From Thermodesulfobacteriota bacterium (GTDB lineage: Bacteria > Desulfobacterota_D > UBA1144 > Nemesobacterales > UBA2774): a stretch of 64,000 bases of DNA. Numbering within the stretch: the stretch's first letter is position 1; every line of letters begins with the position of its first letter. The stretch covers positions 2,016,001-2,080,000 of the forward strand of contig OZ244991.1 in assembly GCA_965223335.1 (NCBI GenBank), written 5' to 3'. The position numbers and the translations under genes were made by a program. Below, piece after piece: positions 30,327 to 41,555 of this stretch. The notes beneath the pieces are model-generated. The model ran no database searches. It was not told the DNA's origin and saw only the letters and a list, made by a program, of their open reading frames with translations.

Positions 30327-30433
30327 GAGGTTAAAACTATTAAATGCAAATAATTACCATTAAGTGCTAAGTTTTGATTATTTATGTGGATCGTATTTAT
30401 GTGTAACCTAAGTAGTAAGAGTGCAATGAACTG

Positions 30434-31693
30434 ATGAATGACAATTTCCCCTACCTAAGTCAACTGAGTATGCATGTAGTAAAACCCGGTCTTGAGAGGA
30501 TACAGTCGTTGCTCGAGCTTCTCGGTAATCCTGAAAGCTCACTAAAGTCAGTAATAATCGGAGGGACAAACGGGAAAGGCTCTGTGACTGAGATAATGTC
30601 GAATGTTCTTAAAGCGTGCGGGTATAGAGTGGGGAAATATACCTCACCCCATCTGGTGAGGGTTAACGAAAGAATAAATATAGACGGCCGGGATATTTCG
30701 GATCCGGAACTTGTCGGTTTGCTCGAACGCATAGAAAGGTGTGTTCTTGAGAACCAAATAGAGCAGCCCAGCTACTTTGAGGTTTTGACTGCATGTGCGT
30801 TCCTGTATTTTGCCGAACAAGAAGTCGATATTGCACTACTGGAAGTCGGAATGGGCGGGTGCTGGGACGCGACAAATGTAGCCGGTCCGATGCTCTCAGT
30901 AATTACGTCGATCGGCATGGATCATACAGAGTACCTGGGCAGTGACCTGAGTGCGGTGGCGCGGGAGAAATCGGGAATTGTAAAGCCCGGTGTGCCTGTT
31001 GTTTGCGGTGCCAGAGGTGAGCCATCGGATATTATTCATGAGACTGCTGATCAAACAAAATCCACTGTTTATCAGATTGATCGGGATTTTAGTGTGCGAG
31101 GTGAGGATACGGATAATTTTAGTTACACAGGCATAGATTGGGGTTTTAATGACCTCGAATCTAGTCTCTTGGGTAGGTATCAACTGGGGAATATCGCATG
31201 TGCTTTGGCCGGGCTAGAGATACTGCAGACTGAACATGGATACCGAATAGAGGAGAGTAATATTAGGGCGGGATTAAAAAGTGTCAATTGGCCCGGGAGG
31301 TTTGAACTCATATCAAATGATCCACCGATAATATTGGATGGGGCACATAATGCAGAGGCAGCTAGTGCACTCACGGTGTCGATAAAACAACTGTTTGGAG
31401 ACCTCAAGTTTGTCTTTGTGGTAGGAATGCTAAAGAACAAGGATCATGAGGGTTTTTTAAGTGAGATAACCGGTGTGGCATCGAATATTATATTCACAAC
31501 ACTCCCGGGTGTGGAGTGTATGGCACCGGACAAGTTAAGCGCTATAGGCAGCAAATATATGGATAATCTTTCTGTTGCCGATGATTGTTTTGAGGCCTAC
31601 AATAAGGCTCTTGAGTCGGGTGAGCCGGTATGTGTGACTGGGTCTTTATACCTTGTAGGTGCTCTTAGGCAGGCTGCGCAGTGCCGTTGCTAA
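30434..31693 (+). CDS. folC: Folylpolyglutamate/dihydrofolate synthase
   Basis: GTNGKGS, TSPHL, DATN, WPGRFE, DGAHN. Confidence 0.95.
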   Translation: MNDNFPYLSQLSMHVVKPGLERIQSLLELLGNPESSLKSVIIGGTNGKGSVTEIMSNVLKACGYRVGKYTSPHLVRVNERINIDGRDISDPELVGLLERIERCVLENQIEQPSYFEVLTACAFLYFAEQEVDIALLEVGMGGCWDATNVAGPMLSVITSIGMDHTEYLGSDLSAVAREKSGIVKPGVPVVCGARGEPSDIIHETADQTKSTVYQIDRDFSVRGEDTDNFSYTGIDWGFNDLESSLLGRYQLGNIACALAGLEILQTEHGYRIEESNIRAGLKSVNWPGRFELISNDPPIILDGAHNAEAASALTVSIKQLFGDLKFVFVVGMLKNKDHEGFLSEITGVASNIIFTTLPGVECMAPDKLSAIGSKYMDNLSVADDCFEAYNKALESGEPVCVTGSLYLVGALRQAAQCRC

Positions 31694-31722
31694 GATCCGT
31701 AAAGTAGTATAGCTTAGTCTCC

Positions 31723-32772
31723 ATGAGCGGCAGCGATACACCGCGGCTGGCAATAGTGATCGACAAGCTGTTTGCGGACCATGATAACGGGATGGGACAC
31801 CCTGAATCGCAGGAACGCATATTAGCCATAGCGGATATGCTTAGGGAAACAAAGCTATTGGACGAGCTCCCAAACCTCGAGCCCCGGGACGCCACCAAAG
31901 ATGAGATCACACTCGTCCACGACCCCGAATACTATGACAAGATAGCATCTACACGAGGCAAACCGAGGGTATTTCTAGACGCCGATACCTCGACCTGCCC
32001 TGTGTCTTTCAATGCCGCATTACGTGCAGCGGGAGGTGTGCTGCAGTCGATAGACTTTATACTGGACGGTCTTATAGATATGTCTTTTCCACTGGTTAGA
32101 CCCCCAGGCCACCACGCCGAGCGGGACCGGGCAATGGGGTTTTGCCTCTTTAACAACGTTGCGGTGGGGGCCTCATATTTAATCAACAAAAAAGGTAAGG
32201 AGCGAGTGTTGGTGGTGGACTGGGATATCCACCACGGTAACGGTACCCAGAACATGTTCTATGACAGCCCGCAGGTGTTGTATTTTTCTACGCACCAGTA
32301 CCCCTACTACCCCGGCACAGGGGGCCCAGGCGAGGTAGGCGCGGACAAGGGTAAGGGATACAATGTGAACGTGCCCCTGCAACCCGGCATGGGCGATAGG
32401 GAATACGTAAAGATATTCACCGATATACTGCTGCCTGTCATAGACCAGTACCGCCCGGAGTTCCTATTGGTCTCGGCAGGCTTCGATACATATTACGAGG
32501 ACCCATTGGGCGGGATGAAGGTAACCCCCGAGGGGTTTGCGATGCAGGCGCGCATTCTAAAAGAACAGGCCGAGAAGTACTGCGACGGCAATATCATATA
32601 CCTTCTAGAGGGGGGGTATAACCTCGAGGGCCTCTGGCTCTCTGTAAAAGAGGTAATCGAAGAACTACTGGGCAAGAAAACCACAACCTACGACATAGGC
32701 ATTGAGAGTACACTTGCGGATGGGGTAATAGATAATGTAAAGAAGGAGTATGCCCAGTACTGGGAGTTTTAA
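31723..32772 (+). CDS. Zn-dependent histone-deacetylase-family protein
   Basis: HPE, RPPGHHA, DIHHGNGTQ, SAGFD, EGGY. Confidence 0.95.
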   Translation: MSGSDTPRLAIVIDKLFADHDNGMGHPESQERILAIADMLRETKLLDELPNLEPRDATKDEITLVHDPEYYDKIASTRGKPRVFLDADTSTCPVSFNAALRAAGGVLQSIDFILDGLIDMSFPLVRPPGHHAERDRAMGFCLFNNVAVGASYLINKKGKERVLVVDWDIHHGNGTQNMFYDSPQVLYFSTHQYPYYPGTGGPGEVGADKGKGYNVNVPLQPGMGDREYVKIFTDILLPVIDQYRPEFLLVSAGFDTYYEDPLGGMKVTPEGFAMQARILKEQAEKYCDGNIIYLLEGGYNLEGLWLSVKEVIEELLGKKTTTYDIGIESTLADGVIDNVKKEYAQYWEF

Positions 32773-33593
32773 TGTTTTTTGCTCTGCTTTCTGTAGTCCT
32801 TGCCCTCTAGGTAAATAAACTCACACATCTCATAGAGCCTGGACGCTATGCGGTCCCCAACTCTCAGTTCCAGGATCTCGCGGTCCTCACCGATCTTGTT
32901 TGCAATCTCGCGCGATACGAAGTTTGTAGTAATGAGGGTTTGCTTGGAGGCGTTATAGCGTTTGGAGATAAGCTGGTCGAGGATGTTTAGCTCCCATTCG
33001 TTACTCTTGCCTTTCCCGAGCTCGTCAATGACAAGCACATCGGTCTCTATGAGCGGTGCAATCACCTCGTTCTCGGGCATTCCTAGGGAATAGGTCTCTT
33101 TAAGCTCCGACAGCAGGTAAAAGAAGTCTTTAAACATGCAGTTTACACCGTGCTTAAGCGTGAGTTCTGATATTGTGCCCACAGCCAAGTGGGTTTTGCC
33201 GAGCCCTGAGGGGCCCATAAGCAGGTAGCCGCGCTTAGTAGGGTATTTTTTTACAAACTCTTCTTTGGCGTACTTAAGCGCCATCTGAAGTGATTTGTTT
33301 ATCTTCTGTGGTACAAGGCCGGCATCGACCTGGAGCACATGGGAATACTTGGCCGGGATCTGGGCTAGGTTATAGAGTTTGATGTTTCTTCTTATCACTC
33401 CGCATCGCACACATGGGGCCAGGTAGGAGTAACCGTTATCTTTGGTGCGAAATGTCTGACCGCTGCCCCCGCATTCGCTGCAGGTCCGGACACACTCGCA
33501 TGTCTCAGCCCTAGACAGGTTCTCGTTTACTACAACCTTGAGTCCCGATCCGTAGCAGTCGTCGCACCCGACCTTGTTCTTTAGTTTTGCCAT
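32769..33593 (-). CDS. DnaC/DnaI/IstB-family AAA+ ATPase with tandem N-terminal zinc fingers (putative helicase loader)
   Basis: Two CxxCxGxG motifs, Walker A GPSGLGKT, Walker B VIDELG, ITTN, RIASRL, GKDYR. Confidence 0.85.
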   Translation of the reverse strand: MAKLKNKVGCDDCYGSGLKVVVNENLSRAETCECVRTCSECGGSGQTFRTKDNGYSYLAPCVRCGVIRRNIKLYNLAQIPAKYSHVLQVDAGLVPQKINKSLQMALKYAKEEFVKKYPTKRGYLLMGPSGLGKTHLAVGTISELTLKHGVNCMFKDFFYLLSELKETYSLGMPENEVIAPLIETDVLVIDELGKGKSNEWELNILDQLISKRYNASKQTLITTNFVSREIANKIGEDREILELRVGDRIASRLYEMCEFIYLEGKDYRKQSKKH

Positions 33594-33607
33594 TTTTTTA
33601 TTTGCTC

Positions 33608-34252
33608 TCAGTCAAGCTCGTTGATCTCGAATTTATCCTTTATGATATCGTTTCGAAACGATAAGAGGCTCTCTTCGTATGCCTCTTGGGTCATCTGCTG
33701 TTTTCTGGGTTCGAGCATAGCTTGTGCCTTATCATTAATATTGCTCTGCTCATCAGCGCTTAATGTGAAGAACGCTTGGTCTAAACATTCATTCTCAATC
33801 CTAAATAGCTCGTTCATTAAATTTGTGTTGCCCTCGGAGATCGACTCTAGCTTACTGCGCATAGCAGTGTAGTACGACTTTGCAAACCGGTTTGGGCTCT
33901 GGCCGATCAGTGCACTCAGTTTGTTTATATATCCGTCTTTAGAGCCGTTGTCGACCTTCTCTTCTTGAGTCTCATTCGTCGATACCGGTGTGTTGTCGCT
34001 CGATAGCGTAATCATATCCTCTACGTATGTCGCACAGCTATGGAGGTCAACCCTCTTGTTGTCGATTTTTATATTTCGCTCTTTATCTTGAAAAGCCGAT
34101 CGCAGCCCTCTCAAAACCACCTCTTTCGGTACGTTTCTTTGCTTCCATTCGGCTATTTTGTTGTAGTCTCTGGAAGATAGCATTATCCCCTGACCGGACA
34201 GAGACAAAAAATACTCTTCTATATCTTTAATATAGGTGTCGCTTTGCGTCAT
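33608..34252 (-). CDS. Hypothetical protein with a DnaD/DnaB_2-like N-terminal domain
   Basis: IEEYF..G..LSSRD...IAEW...VVLRGLRSA pattern; 14 bp upstream of the ATPase; own promoter TTCAAA-17-TACAAT (34293-34265). Confidence 0.6.
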   Translation of the reverse strand: MTQSDTYIKDIEEYFLSLSGQGIMLSSRDYNKIAEWKQRNVPKEVVLRGLRSAFQDKERNIKIDNKRVDLHSCATYVEDMITLSSDNTPVSTNETQEEKVDNGSKDGYINKLSALIGQSPNRFAKSYYTAMRSKLESISEGNTNLMNELFRIENECLDQAFFTLSADEQSNINDKAQAMLEPRKQQMTQEAYEESLLSFRNDIIKDKFEINELD

Positions 34253-34318
34253 GCCTAAATGTTTATTGTAAAATAAAAACCGGTCTATTTGAAGCGGTCT
34301 TGTTGTGTTTTATCGGGC

Positions 34319-34993
34319 TTAGCCGTTTGCCCGGGCCCTCATGTTCATGATTGTCTCTTTATAATCCGGGGATTTGAAAATACCTGAGCCCGATACTATT
34401 ACATCGGCGCCCGCCCCGGCGACGAGATGAATGTTGTCGAGCTTTATCCCGCCGTCTACCTCTATTAAAGGTTTATGTTCCAGATTGCTGGTGTCGAGGA
34501 TCTCACGAAGACGTTTTACTTTGGGGACCATGGACTCTATAAAGCTCTGCCCCGCGAACCCGGGCTCCACAGTCATGATGAGCACCATGTCGACATACTC
34601 TATGACCTCTTCTAGCACCGATAAGGGTGTGGTGGGGTTCAAGGCTATCCCGGCATTAACCCCATGGGAGCGGATCCCCGAAAGAGTGCTATAGAGCAGT
34701 TTGCAGGTTTCTATCTGCACAGTGATCCCTTTTACAAACGGTTTGCCGGCCTCTATGAAAACCTCGGCAAAGTAATCTGGGTTATCGATCATGAGGTGTA
34801 TATCCATCGGCGGCGGGTCAGTCTGTGTGAGGGCTTTTACAACAGGCACCCCAAGGCTTATGTTCGGCACAAAATGGCCGTCCATAACGTCTACATGGAT
34901 CCAGTCGGCCCCGGCATCTTTGACTGCGGTGATCTCTTCACCGAGCCGCGAAAAATCGGATGATAATATGGATGGAACTATTAGTTTTGTCAT
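34319..34993 (-). CDS. rpe: Ribulose-phosphate 3-epimerase
   Basis: PSILS, HVDVMDGHFVPN, MTVEPGFAGQ, VDGG. Confidence 0.97.
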   Translation of the reverse strand: MTKLIVPSILSSDFSRLGEEITAVKDAGADWIHVDVMDGHFVPNISLGVPVVKALTQTDPPPMDIHLMIDNPDYFAEVFIEAGKPFVKGITVQIETCKLLYSTLSGIRSHGVNAGIALNPTTPLSVLEEVIEYVDMVLIMTVEPGFAGQSFIESMVPKVKRLREILDTSNLEHKPLIEVDGGIKLDNIHLVAGAGADVIVSGSGIFKSPDYKETIMNMRARANG

Positions 34994-35127
34994 CTCTCAA
35001 CCTTTGGTCTTAATGATTTGTGTGTTTATTAATGATTAGAGTTGAGGTGCTAGTATACCATGTAGCACCGCTTGTACACACAATATCGTGATCACCATGT
35101 GTCGAGCACCGGAGACTCTCAATATTC

Positions 35128-35156
35128 TTGACAGGGGAATTAAAACAATTTACCAT
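35128..35156 (+). promoter_or_regulatory. metK promoter
   Basis: TTGACA-17-TACCAT. Confidence 0.65.
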
Positions 35157-35216
35157 TTCCGTTTTCTATCATACCTTTATCATCCTAATATCAATCATTA
35201 AATAAAGGAAGAATGT

Positions 35217-36377
35217 ATGCCTCACAAAAATTATATATTTACATCGGAATCTGTAACCGAAGGGCATCCGGACAAGATGGCCGACCAGATTTCTGATTCT
35301 GTTTTAGACGCAATGATAGCCCAAGACCCTAGGAGCCGAGTCGCCTGTGAAACGCTGGTGACAACGGGGATGATAGTAGTCGCGGGAGAGATCACTACAA
35401 AGGCCACTGTGGACATATCGGATGTGGCACGCAGTACTGTAAGGGATATCGGATACACTGACAGCCGTATGGGTTTTGACGCCGACACCTGTTCTGTGCT
35501 GCTTTCGGTAGATAAACAGTCACCCGACATTGCTCAGGGTGTGGACGCGGGTGACGATAAGCAGCAGGGGGCCGGGGACCAGGGCCTTATGTTTGGCTAT
35601 GCCACAGCGGAGACCGAGGAGTTTATGCCCTCTCCTATCATATATGCGCACAGGCTGGTTAAGCAGCTAACGGATAAGCGAAAAGACGGTACACTGCCGT
35701 TTTTGAGACCTGACGGTAAATCCCAGGTTACGGTTAAGTACGAGAACAATAAACCGGTTGGGATCGACACCGTGGTAGTCTCATCTCAGCATTCTGATGA
35801 TGTGGATAACAAGACCATATATGAAGGGATTAGAGAGGAAGTAATTAACACTACGCTTGATACAGAGATGTTAACAAACGACACAAAAATATTTATCAAC
35901 CCTACCGGCAGGTTCGTCACGGGCGGCCCGATGGGTGATGCAGGGCTTACGGGCAGAAAGATAATCATAGACACATACGGCGGATGGGCGCGCCACGGCG
36001 GAGGGGCATTTTCGGGAAAGGACCCCACCAAGGTGGACCGAAGCGCTGCGTATATGGCGCGTTATGTTGCGAAGAACGTAGTAGCGGCAGGGTTTGCAAC
36101 CGAGTGCGAGGTACAGCTTGCGTATGCTATAGGTGTGGCTGAGCCGGTGAGCGTTATGGTAGAGACTTTTGGTACATCCACTGTGCCCGAGAGCAAGATC
36201 GAGGCCGCTATTAGGGAAGTATATGATCTTACTCCCGCAGGTATAATTACATCGCTCGATCTACTGAAACCCATATACAGAGATACGGCTGCATACGGTC
36301 ATTTCGGCAGGCACGAGTCCCAATTTACTTGGGAGCATACGGATAAAATATCCGACCTGGAAAGAGCAATAGGCTAG
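35217..36377 (+). CDS. metK: S-adenosylmethionine synthetase
   Basis: [25 protein letters not shown]. Confidence 0.98.
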   Translation: MPHKNYIFTSESVTEGHPDKMADQISDSVLDAMIAQDPRSRVACETLVTTGMIVVAGEITTKATVDISDVARSTVRDIGYTDSRMGFDADTCSVLLSVDKQSPDIAQGVDAGDDKQQGAGDQGLMFGYATAETEEFMPSPIIYAHRLVKQLTDKRKDGTLPFLRPDGKSQVTVKYENNKPVGIDTVVVSSQHSDDVDNKTIYEGIREEVINTTLDTEMLTNDTKIFINPTGRFVTGGPMGDAGLTGRKIIIDTYGGWARHGGGAFSGKDPTKVDRSAAYMARYVAKNVVAAGFATECEVQLAYAIGVAEPVSVMVETFGTSTVPESKIEAAIREVYDLTPAGIITSLDLLKPIYRDTAAYGHFGRHESQFTWEHTDKISDLERAIG

Positions 36378-36406
36378 AACCAAAACACTAGAGACACAAT
36401 AGATAG

Positions 36407-37675
<1,269 letters not shown>

Positions 37676-37700
37676 TACTAAGGTCGTAACCTTAAACATT

Positions 37701-38588
37701 ATGCAAAAACTGCATGACTCCTTTCTCTCGTATCTTGCGGTTGAAAAAGGTTTGTCTACAAACACCCTGGAGTCATATGGCAGGGACCTATCTAAACTGT
37801 TTGCCTTTCTGGATAAACAAGGTGTAAATGACATAGACGGGGTCGGTATTGCTGAGCTTAGGTCTTATATAGCGCACTTAAGTAAGCAGGGTTTTAGCGC
37901 ACGCTCGATTGCACGGTCTGTAGTATCCATAAGGCAGTTCTTTAAGTTCCTACTCGCCCGTGAAATCATAAAGGACGACCCCTCCGCACTTTTAGAGTCG
38001 CCCAAGATGTCTAAATCCATCCCGTCTGTGATCTCGCTCGATGAAGTCGAGTTGATTCTGGGTGCTCCTAGCGATGCAAAGCCCGAGGGTATTAGAGACA
38101 GGGCGATGCTCGAGATGCTCTACGCCACTGGGATTCGTGTAACTGAGCTCATAAGCATTAGGCTTAATGACGTTAATTTCGAGCACGGATTTGTAATTGT
38201 CTATGGTAAAGGGTCCAAAGAGAGGATTGTGCCCATTGGAGAGCATTCCAGGGAGTCTCTGGGTACCTATCTAAAGAGCGCAAGGCAGAGTTTGCTAAAG
38301 CAAAAGGAGTCTCAATACCTGTTTGTGACCAGGCGCGCAGATAAGATGACGCGCCAGGGGTTTTGGAAGATAATTAAAAACTATGCTCTCGTGGCGGGGG
38401 TCCACAAAAAAATAAGTCCCCACACGCTTAGGCACTCGTTTGCCACACACCTGCTTGAGAGAGGTGCCGACCTGAGGACGATCCAGCTTATGCTGGGGCA
38501 CTCGGATATTTCCACGACCGAGATCTACACACATGTGGAAACAGAGAGGCTTAAGGAGGTGCATAAAAAGCACCATCCCAGATCGTAA
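37701..38588 (+). CDS. xerD: Tyrosine recombinase XerD
   Basis: LYATGIRVTEL, GKGSKER, TRQGFW, HTLRHSFATH, LGHSDISTTEIY, C-terminal HHPR. Confidence 0.92.
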   Translation: MQKLHDSFLSYLAVEKGLSTNTLESYGRDLSKLFAFLDKQGVNDIDGVGIAELRSYIAHLSKQGFSARSIARSVVSIRQFFKFLLAREIIKDDPSALLESPKMSKSIPSVISLDEVELILGAPSDAKPEGIRDRAMLEMLYATGIRVTELISIRLNDVNFEHGFVIVYGKGSKERIVPIGEHSRESLGTYLKSARQSLLKQKESQYLFVTRRADKMTRQGFWKIIKNYALVAGVHKKISPHTLRHSFATHLLERGADLRTIQLMLGHSDISTTEIYTHVETERLKEVHKKHHPRS

Positions 38589-38644
38589 ATTACAGTCTAT
38601 CGTGTATATTAGTTCAGAATTCGCGAGTACTACTTAGTCCAACT

Positions 38645-39331
38645 ATGATATTTGGCAACTTTGACCTATCATTCATATTAATCCAGGCCCCTGTAATTCT
38701 ATTGTCGTTAACCGTACATGAGTACTTCCACGCCTGGACTGCTTACAAACTCGGCGATCCTACAGCAGAGATGCAGGGCCGTCTCACACTTAATCCAATC
38801 TCTCACTTGGACCCCATAGGGACAATACTGATGTTCATAGCAGGGTTCGGGTGGGCTAAGCCTGTGCCGATTAATGCACATAACTTCGAAGACCCGAAAA
38901 AAGGCACACTTTTGGTTGCGATAGCAGGGCCGCTTTCAAACCTCGGTATGGCTATAATTGCAGGTGTGTTGCTAAGGGCAATCATACCCAAGTTTGTCTC
39001 AGGGGGTTTAGAGACAACGGGGTTTTATCCGATTTTCATAATAATTCTAATACTTACGGTTGTATACGGTGTGGCGCTTGCCATTTTCAACATGCTGCCA
39101 ATCCCCCCGTTGGACGGATCGAGGGTAGTGTATGGCATCTTGCCGAATAAGTACCTATATACCTATAGCAGGTTCGAGCCTTATGGAATAATATTTTTAT
39201 TTGCGCTATTTATTTTCGGCAGGGAGATTTTCGGATACATTTTGTGGTACCCTGTTTCAATTATCACAGAGGTGTTTGCCGGCTATAGTTCCGGCGAGCT
39301 CTGGGGTTTAGTGGCCCAGCTGATCAGATGA
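38645..39331 (+). CDS. Site-2 protease family (M50) membrane metalloprotease
   Basis: HEYFH, AGPLSN, NMLPIPPLDG. Confidence 0.93.
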   Translation: MIFGNFDLSFILIQAPVILLSLTVHEYFHAWTAYKLGDPTAEMQGRLTLNPISHLDPIGTILMFIAGFGWAKPVPINAHNFEDPKKGTLLVAIAGPLSNLGMAIIAGVLLRAIIPKFVSGGLETTGFYPIFIIILILTVVYGVALAIFNMLPIPPLDGSRVVYGILPNKYLYTYSRFEPYGIIFLFALFIFGREIFGYILWYPVSIITEVFAGYSSGELWGLVAQLIR

Positions 39332-40086
39332 AGAATCAGGAATTTAACTTTGACCCTAAAGAATCTGGCGAACCATGCTTGGTGAAGCTACAGCTATTCG
39401 AAGGGCCGCTTGACCTTCTTCTCCACTTAATAAAGAAGAACGAAGTCGACATCTACGATATACCCGTTGCTAAGATCACGGAGCAGTACCTGGAGTACCT
39501 GGACTTTATGAAGGAGCTAAACCTACATGTGGTCGGGGAGTACCTGGTGATAGCTGCGGAGTTGGGGTTAATTAAATCGAGAATGCTCCTTCCTAAATCT
39601 GTGGTGGAGGAAGAAGAAGGCGAGGACCCGAGGGCAGAGCTTGTAAGACGTCTCGTAGAGTATCAGAGGTATAAAGAGGCGGCGGATGACCTTTGGACCA
39701 CAGATATACTGGGGCGGGATGTGCATAAGCGCGAGATAAACGAGGCGGATCGCATGGTGAACGAAGAGGTCGAGATGCTGCCGGTTGACCTGTGGGCTTT
39801 GATCGAGGCGTTTAGGGATTTCTATGAGCGGCGAAGTGAGGCCTGGAAGAACGATATAAGCTATACAGTTGAGCATATATCGGTAGAAGACAAGATGGCC
39901 GAGTTGATCTACAAATTGAAATCCAGAGAGAACATGAGCTTTCAGGATGTGATTAACGACTGTGAGACTAAACTTGAGTATGTTGTTTGCTTTCTGGCTC
40001 TCCTCGAGCTCATAAGATCGGATTCTGTTCAGGTGTATCAGGAGGGCCCATACGGTATGATACAATTGTCGTACACGGGAGAGTAA
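39328..40086 (+). CDS. scpA: Segregation and condensation protein A (kleisin)
   Basis: FEGPLDLLLHLI, KSRMLLP, FLALLEL. Confidence 0.96.
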   Translation: MKNQEFNFDPKESGEPCLVKLQLFEGPLDLLLHLIKKNEVDIYDIPVAKITEQYLEYLDFMKELNLHVVGEYLVIAAELGLIKSRMLLPKSVVEEEEGEDPRAELVRRLVEYQRYKEAADDLWTTDILGRDVHKREINEADRMVNEEVEMLPVDLWALIEAFRDFYERRSEAWKNDISYTVEHISVEDKMAELIYKLKSRENMSFQDVINDCETKLEYVVCFLALLELIRSDSVQVYQEGPYGMIQLSYTGE

Positions 40087-40090
40087 GCAG

Positions 40091-40654
40091 TTGGACAACG
40101 ACTATATTAAAAAGGCTATAGAGTGCATTGTTTTTATATCGGACAAACCTGTTACGGTTGATAACCTGATGCAGGTGTTCCCGGACAAAAAAAAGTCGGA
40201 GCTAAAGAAGCTACTGGCGGAACTGTCTGAGATGTGGGACGGGATGGCGAGGGGCTTTAAATTGGTAGAGGTTGCGGGTGGGTTCCAATTTAGGACCGAT
40301 CCTGAGTATGCAGATGATCTTGCAAACTACAATAAGAAAGTGAGGAAGTTTCGCCTGAGTAAGGCGGCCCTTGAGGTACTGGCGATTGCAGCTTATAAAC
40401 AACCTGTTACACGCACCGAGATCGACCAGATCCGGGGTGTTGATTCATCGGGTGTAGTGTCGCTGCTATTGGACCGCAGACTCCTCCACATAAAGGGAAG
40501 GAAAGAGGTTATCGGAAGGCCGTTTCTATACGGGACCACCGATGAGTTCCTGGAAGTATTCAACCTAAAGAGTCTAAACGATTTGCCCACGCTAAAAGAG
40601 CTTGACGAGATAAGCAGTAACATAGCTGAACCCCCTACCCTACAGTCAGAATAA
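40091..40654 (+). CDS. scpB: Segregation and condensation protein B
   Basis: LSKAALEVLA, YKQPVTR, GRPFLYGTT. Confidence 0.96.
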   Translation: MDNDYIKKAIECIVFISDKPVTVDNLMQVFPDKKKSELKKLLAELSEMWDGMARGFKLVEVAGGFQFRTDPEYADDLANYNKKVRKFRLSKAALEVLAIAAYKQPVTRTEIDQIRGVDSSGVVSLLLDRRLLHIKGRKEVIGRPFLYGTTDEFLEVFNLKSLNDLPTLKELDEISSNIAEPPTLQSE

Positions 40655-40686
40655 AATCTGATATATTAATTGACAGGCTGTTACTT

Positions 40687-41430
40687 ATGTTTAGCAAAAA
40701 CCTATTACAGGAAATTAAGGATTATTGTGCTGTTTGGGGTTTTAACATTTTTAAAACTATAAGCACTGACTTATACGATGGCCATGTACATTCAGCGAAG
40801 AAAATAAAACAGCGGTATCCAAGTGCTAGGTCCATTATCTTGATAGGTTTTGCTGGCAATGAGTATTGGGATGTGCTTAAGAACTATATGCATGAAAACC
40901 CAGAGTTTGCAGAGGATGATCCGGACCCGATAGATAACTATACTAGAGTAGTACTAACCGGTATATCTAATCTGCTTTTGTCCAGTGAACATACTCATGA
41001 TGTAGTGTTTCCATTTGGTGAGGACTCCCGGGCTCTGGATTTTATCGCTCTGGGTGAGTTGTGCGGGGTCGGTGTGAGGAGCATGCTAGGTATTCTACTT
41101 CACCCCGAATACGGTACATGGATATCGCTTAGAGCTGCAATAATGCTAGAGGACGAACTTAGCATTTATGATGAGCCCCTATACAAATTTAATCCGTGCG
41201 TACCGTGTGAGAAGCCATGTGTTGTCAGCTGTCCTGCATCTGTTATATCCGCAGAGCAAGGCTGGGACTGGGAGGCGTGTATGGACTATCGCCTGGAAAC
41301 TGATACATGCTCTACCCACTGTGCTTCTAGGAGGGCTTGCCCGTATGGCTCGGAGCATCAATACTCTGAAGCCGAGCAGCTCTATCATCACAGGCGTGTG
41401 ATAGAGAATGTTCTAAAAGGGAAATTGTGA
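40687..41430 (+). CDS. QueG-related 4Fe-4S protein
   Basis: LLHPEYGTWISLRAA, CVPCEKPCVVSCP, CSTHCASRRACP. Confidence 0.7.
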   Translation: MFSKNLLQEIKDYCAVWGFNIFKTISTDLYDGHVHSAKKIKQRYPSARSIILIGFAGNEYWDVLKNYMHENPEFAEDDPDPIDNYTRVVLTGISNLLLSSEHTHDVVFPFGEDSRALDFIALGELCGVGVRSMLGILLHPEYGTWISLRAAIMLEDELSIYDEPLYKFNPCVPCEKPCVVSCPASVISAEQGWDWEACMDYRLETDTCSTHCASRRACPYGSEHQYSEAEQLYHHRRVIENVLKGKL

Positions 41431-41555
41431 CCGCGCACTCATCGGGCACAGCAGTTTTCCTTGACTGAGTTTAGATCGTAGTGATAATAATGGAATCGCT
41501 AATTAAATGAAGGGTATTGCTTGCCATCTAGATTAGTCAGTTCATCCCACTCGAA

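Noticed and set aside
32769..33593. IS21 element (IstB)
   Set aside because: No IstA DDE transposase or terminal repeats, and the N-terminal zinc fingers fit DnaC/DnaI-like loaders better.
35040..35216. SAM riboswitch upstream of metK
   Set aside because: The promoter leaves only about 55 nt of AT-rich leader with no SAM-I core; the GGTGCTA/TAGCACC hairpin lies upstream of the promoter.
37701..38588. Prophage or island integrase
   Set aside because: It has XerD-type motifs and sits in housekeeping context with scpAB.
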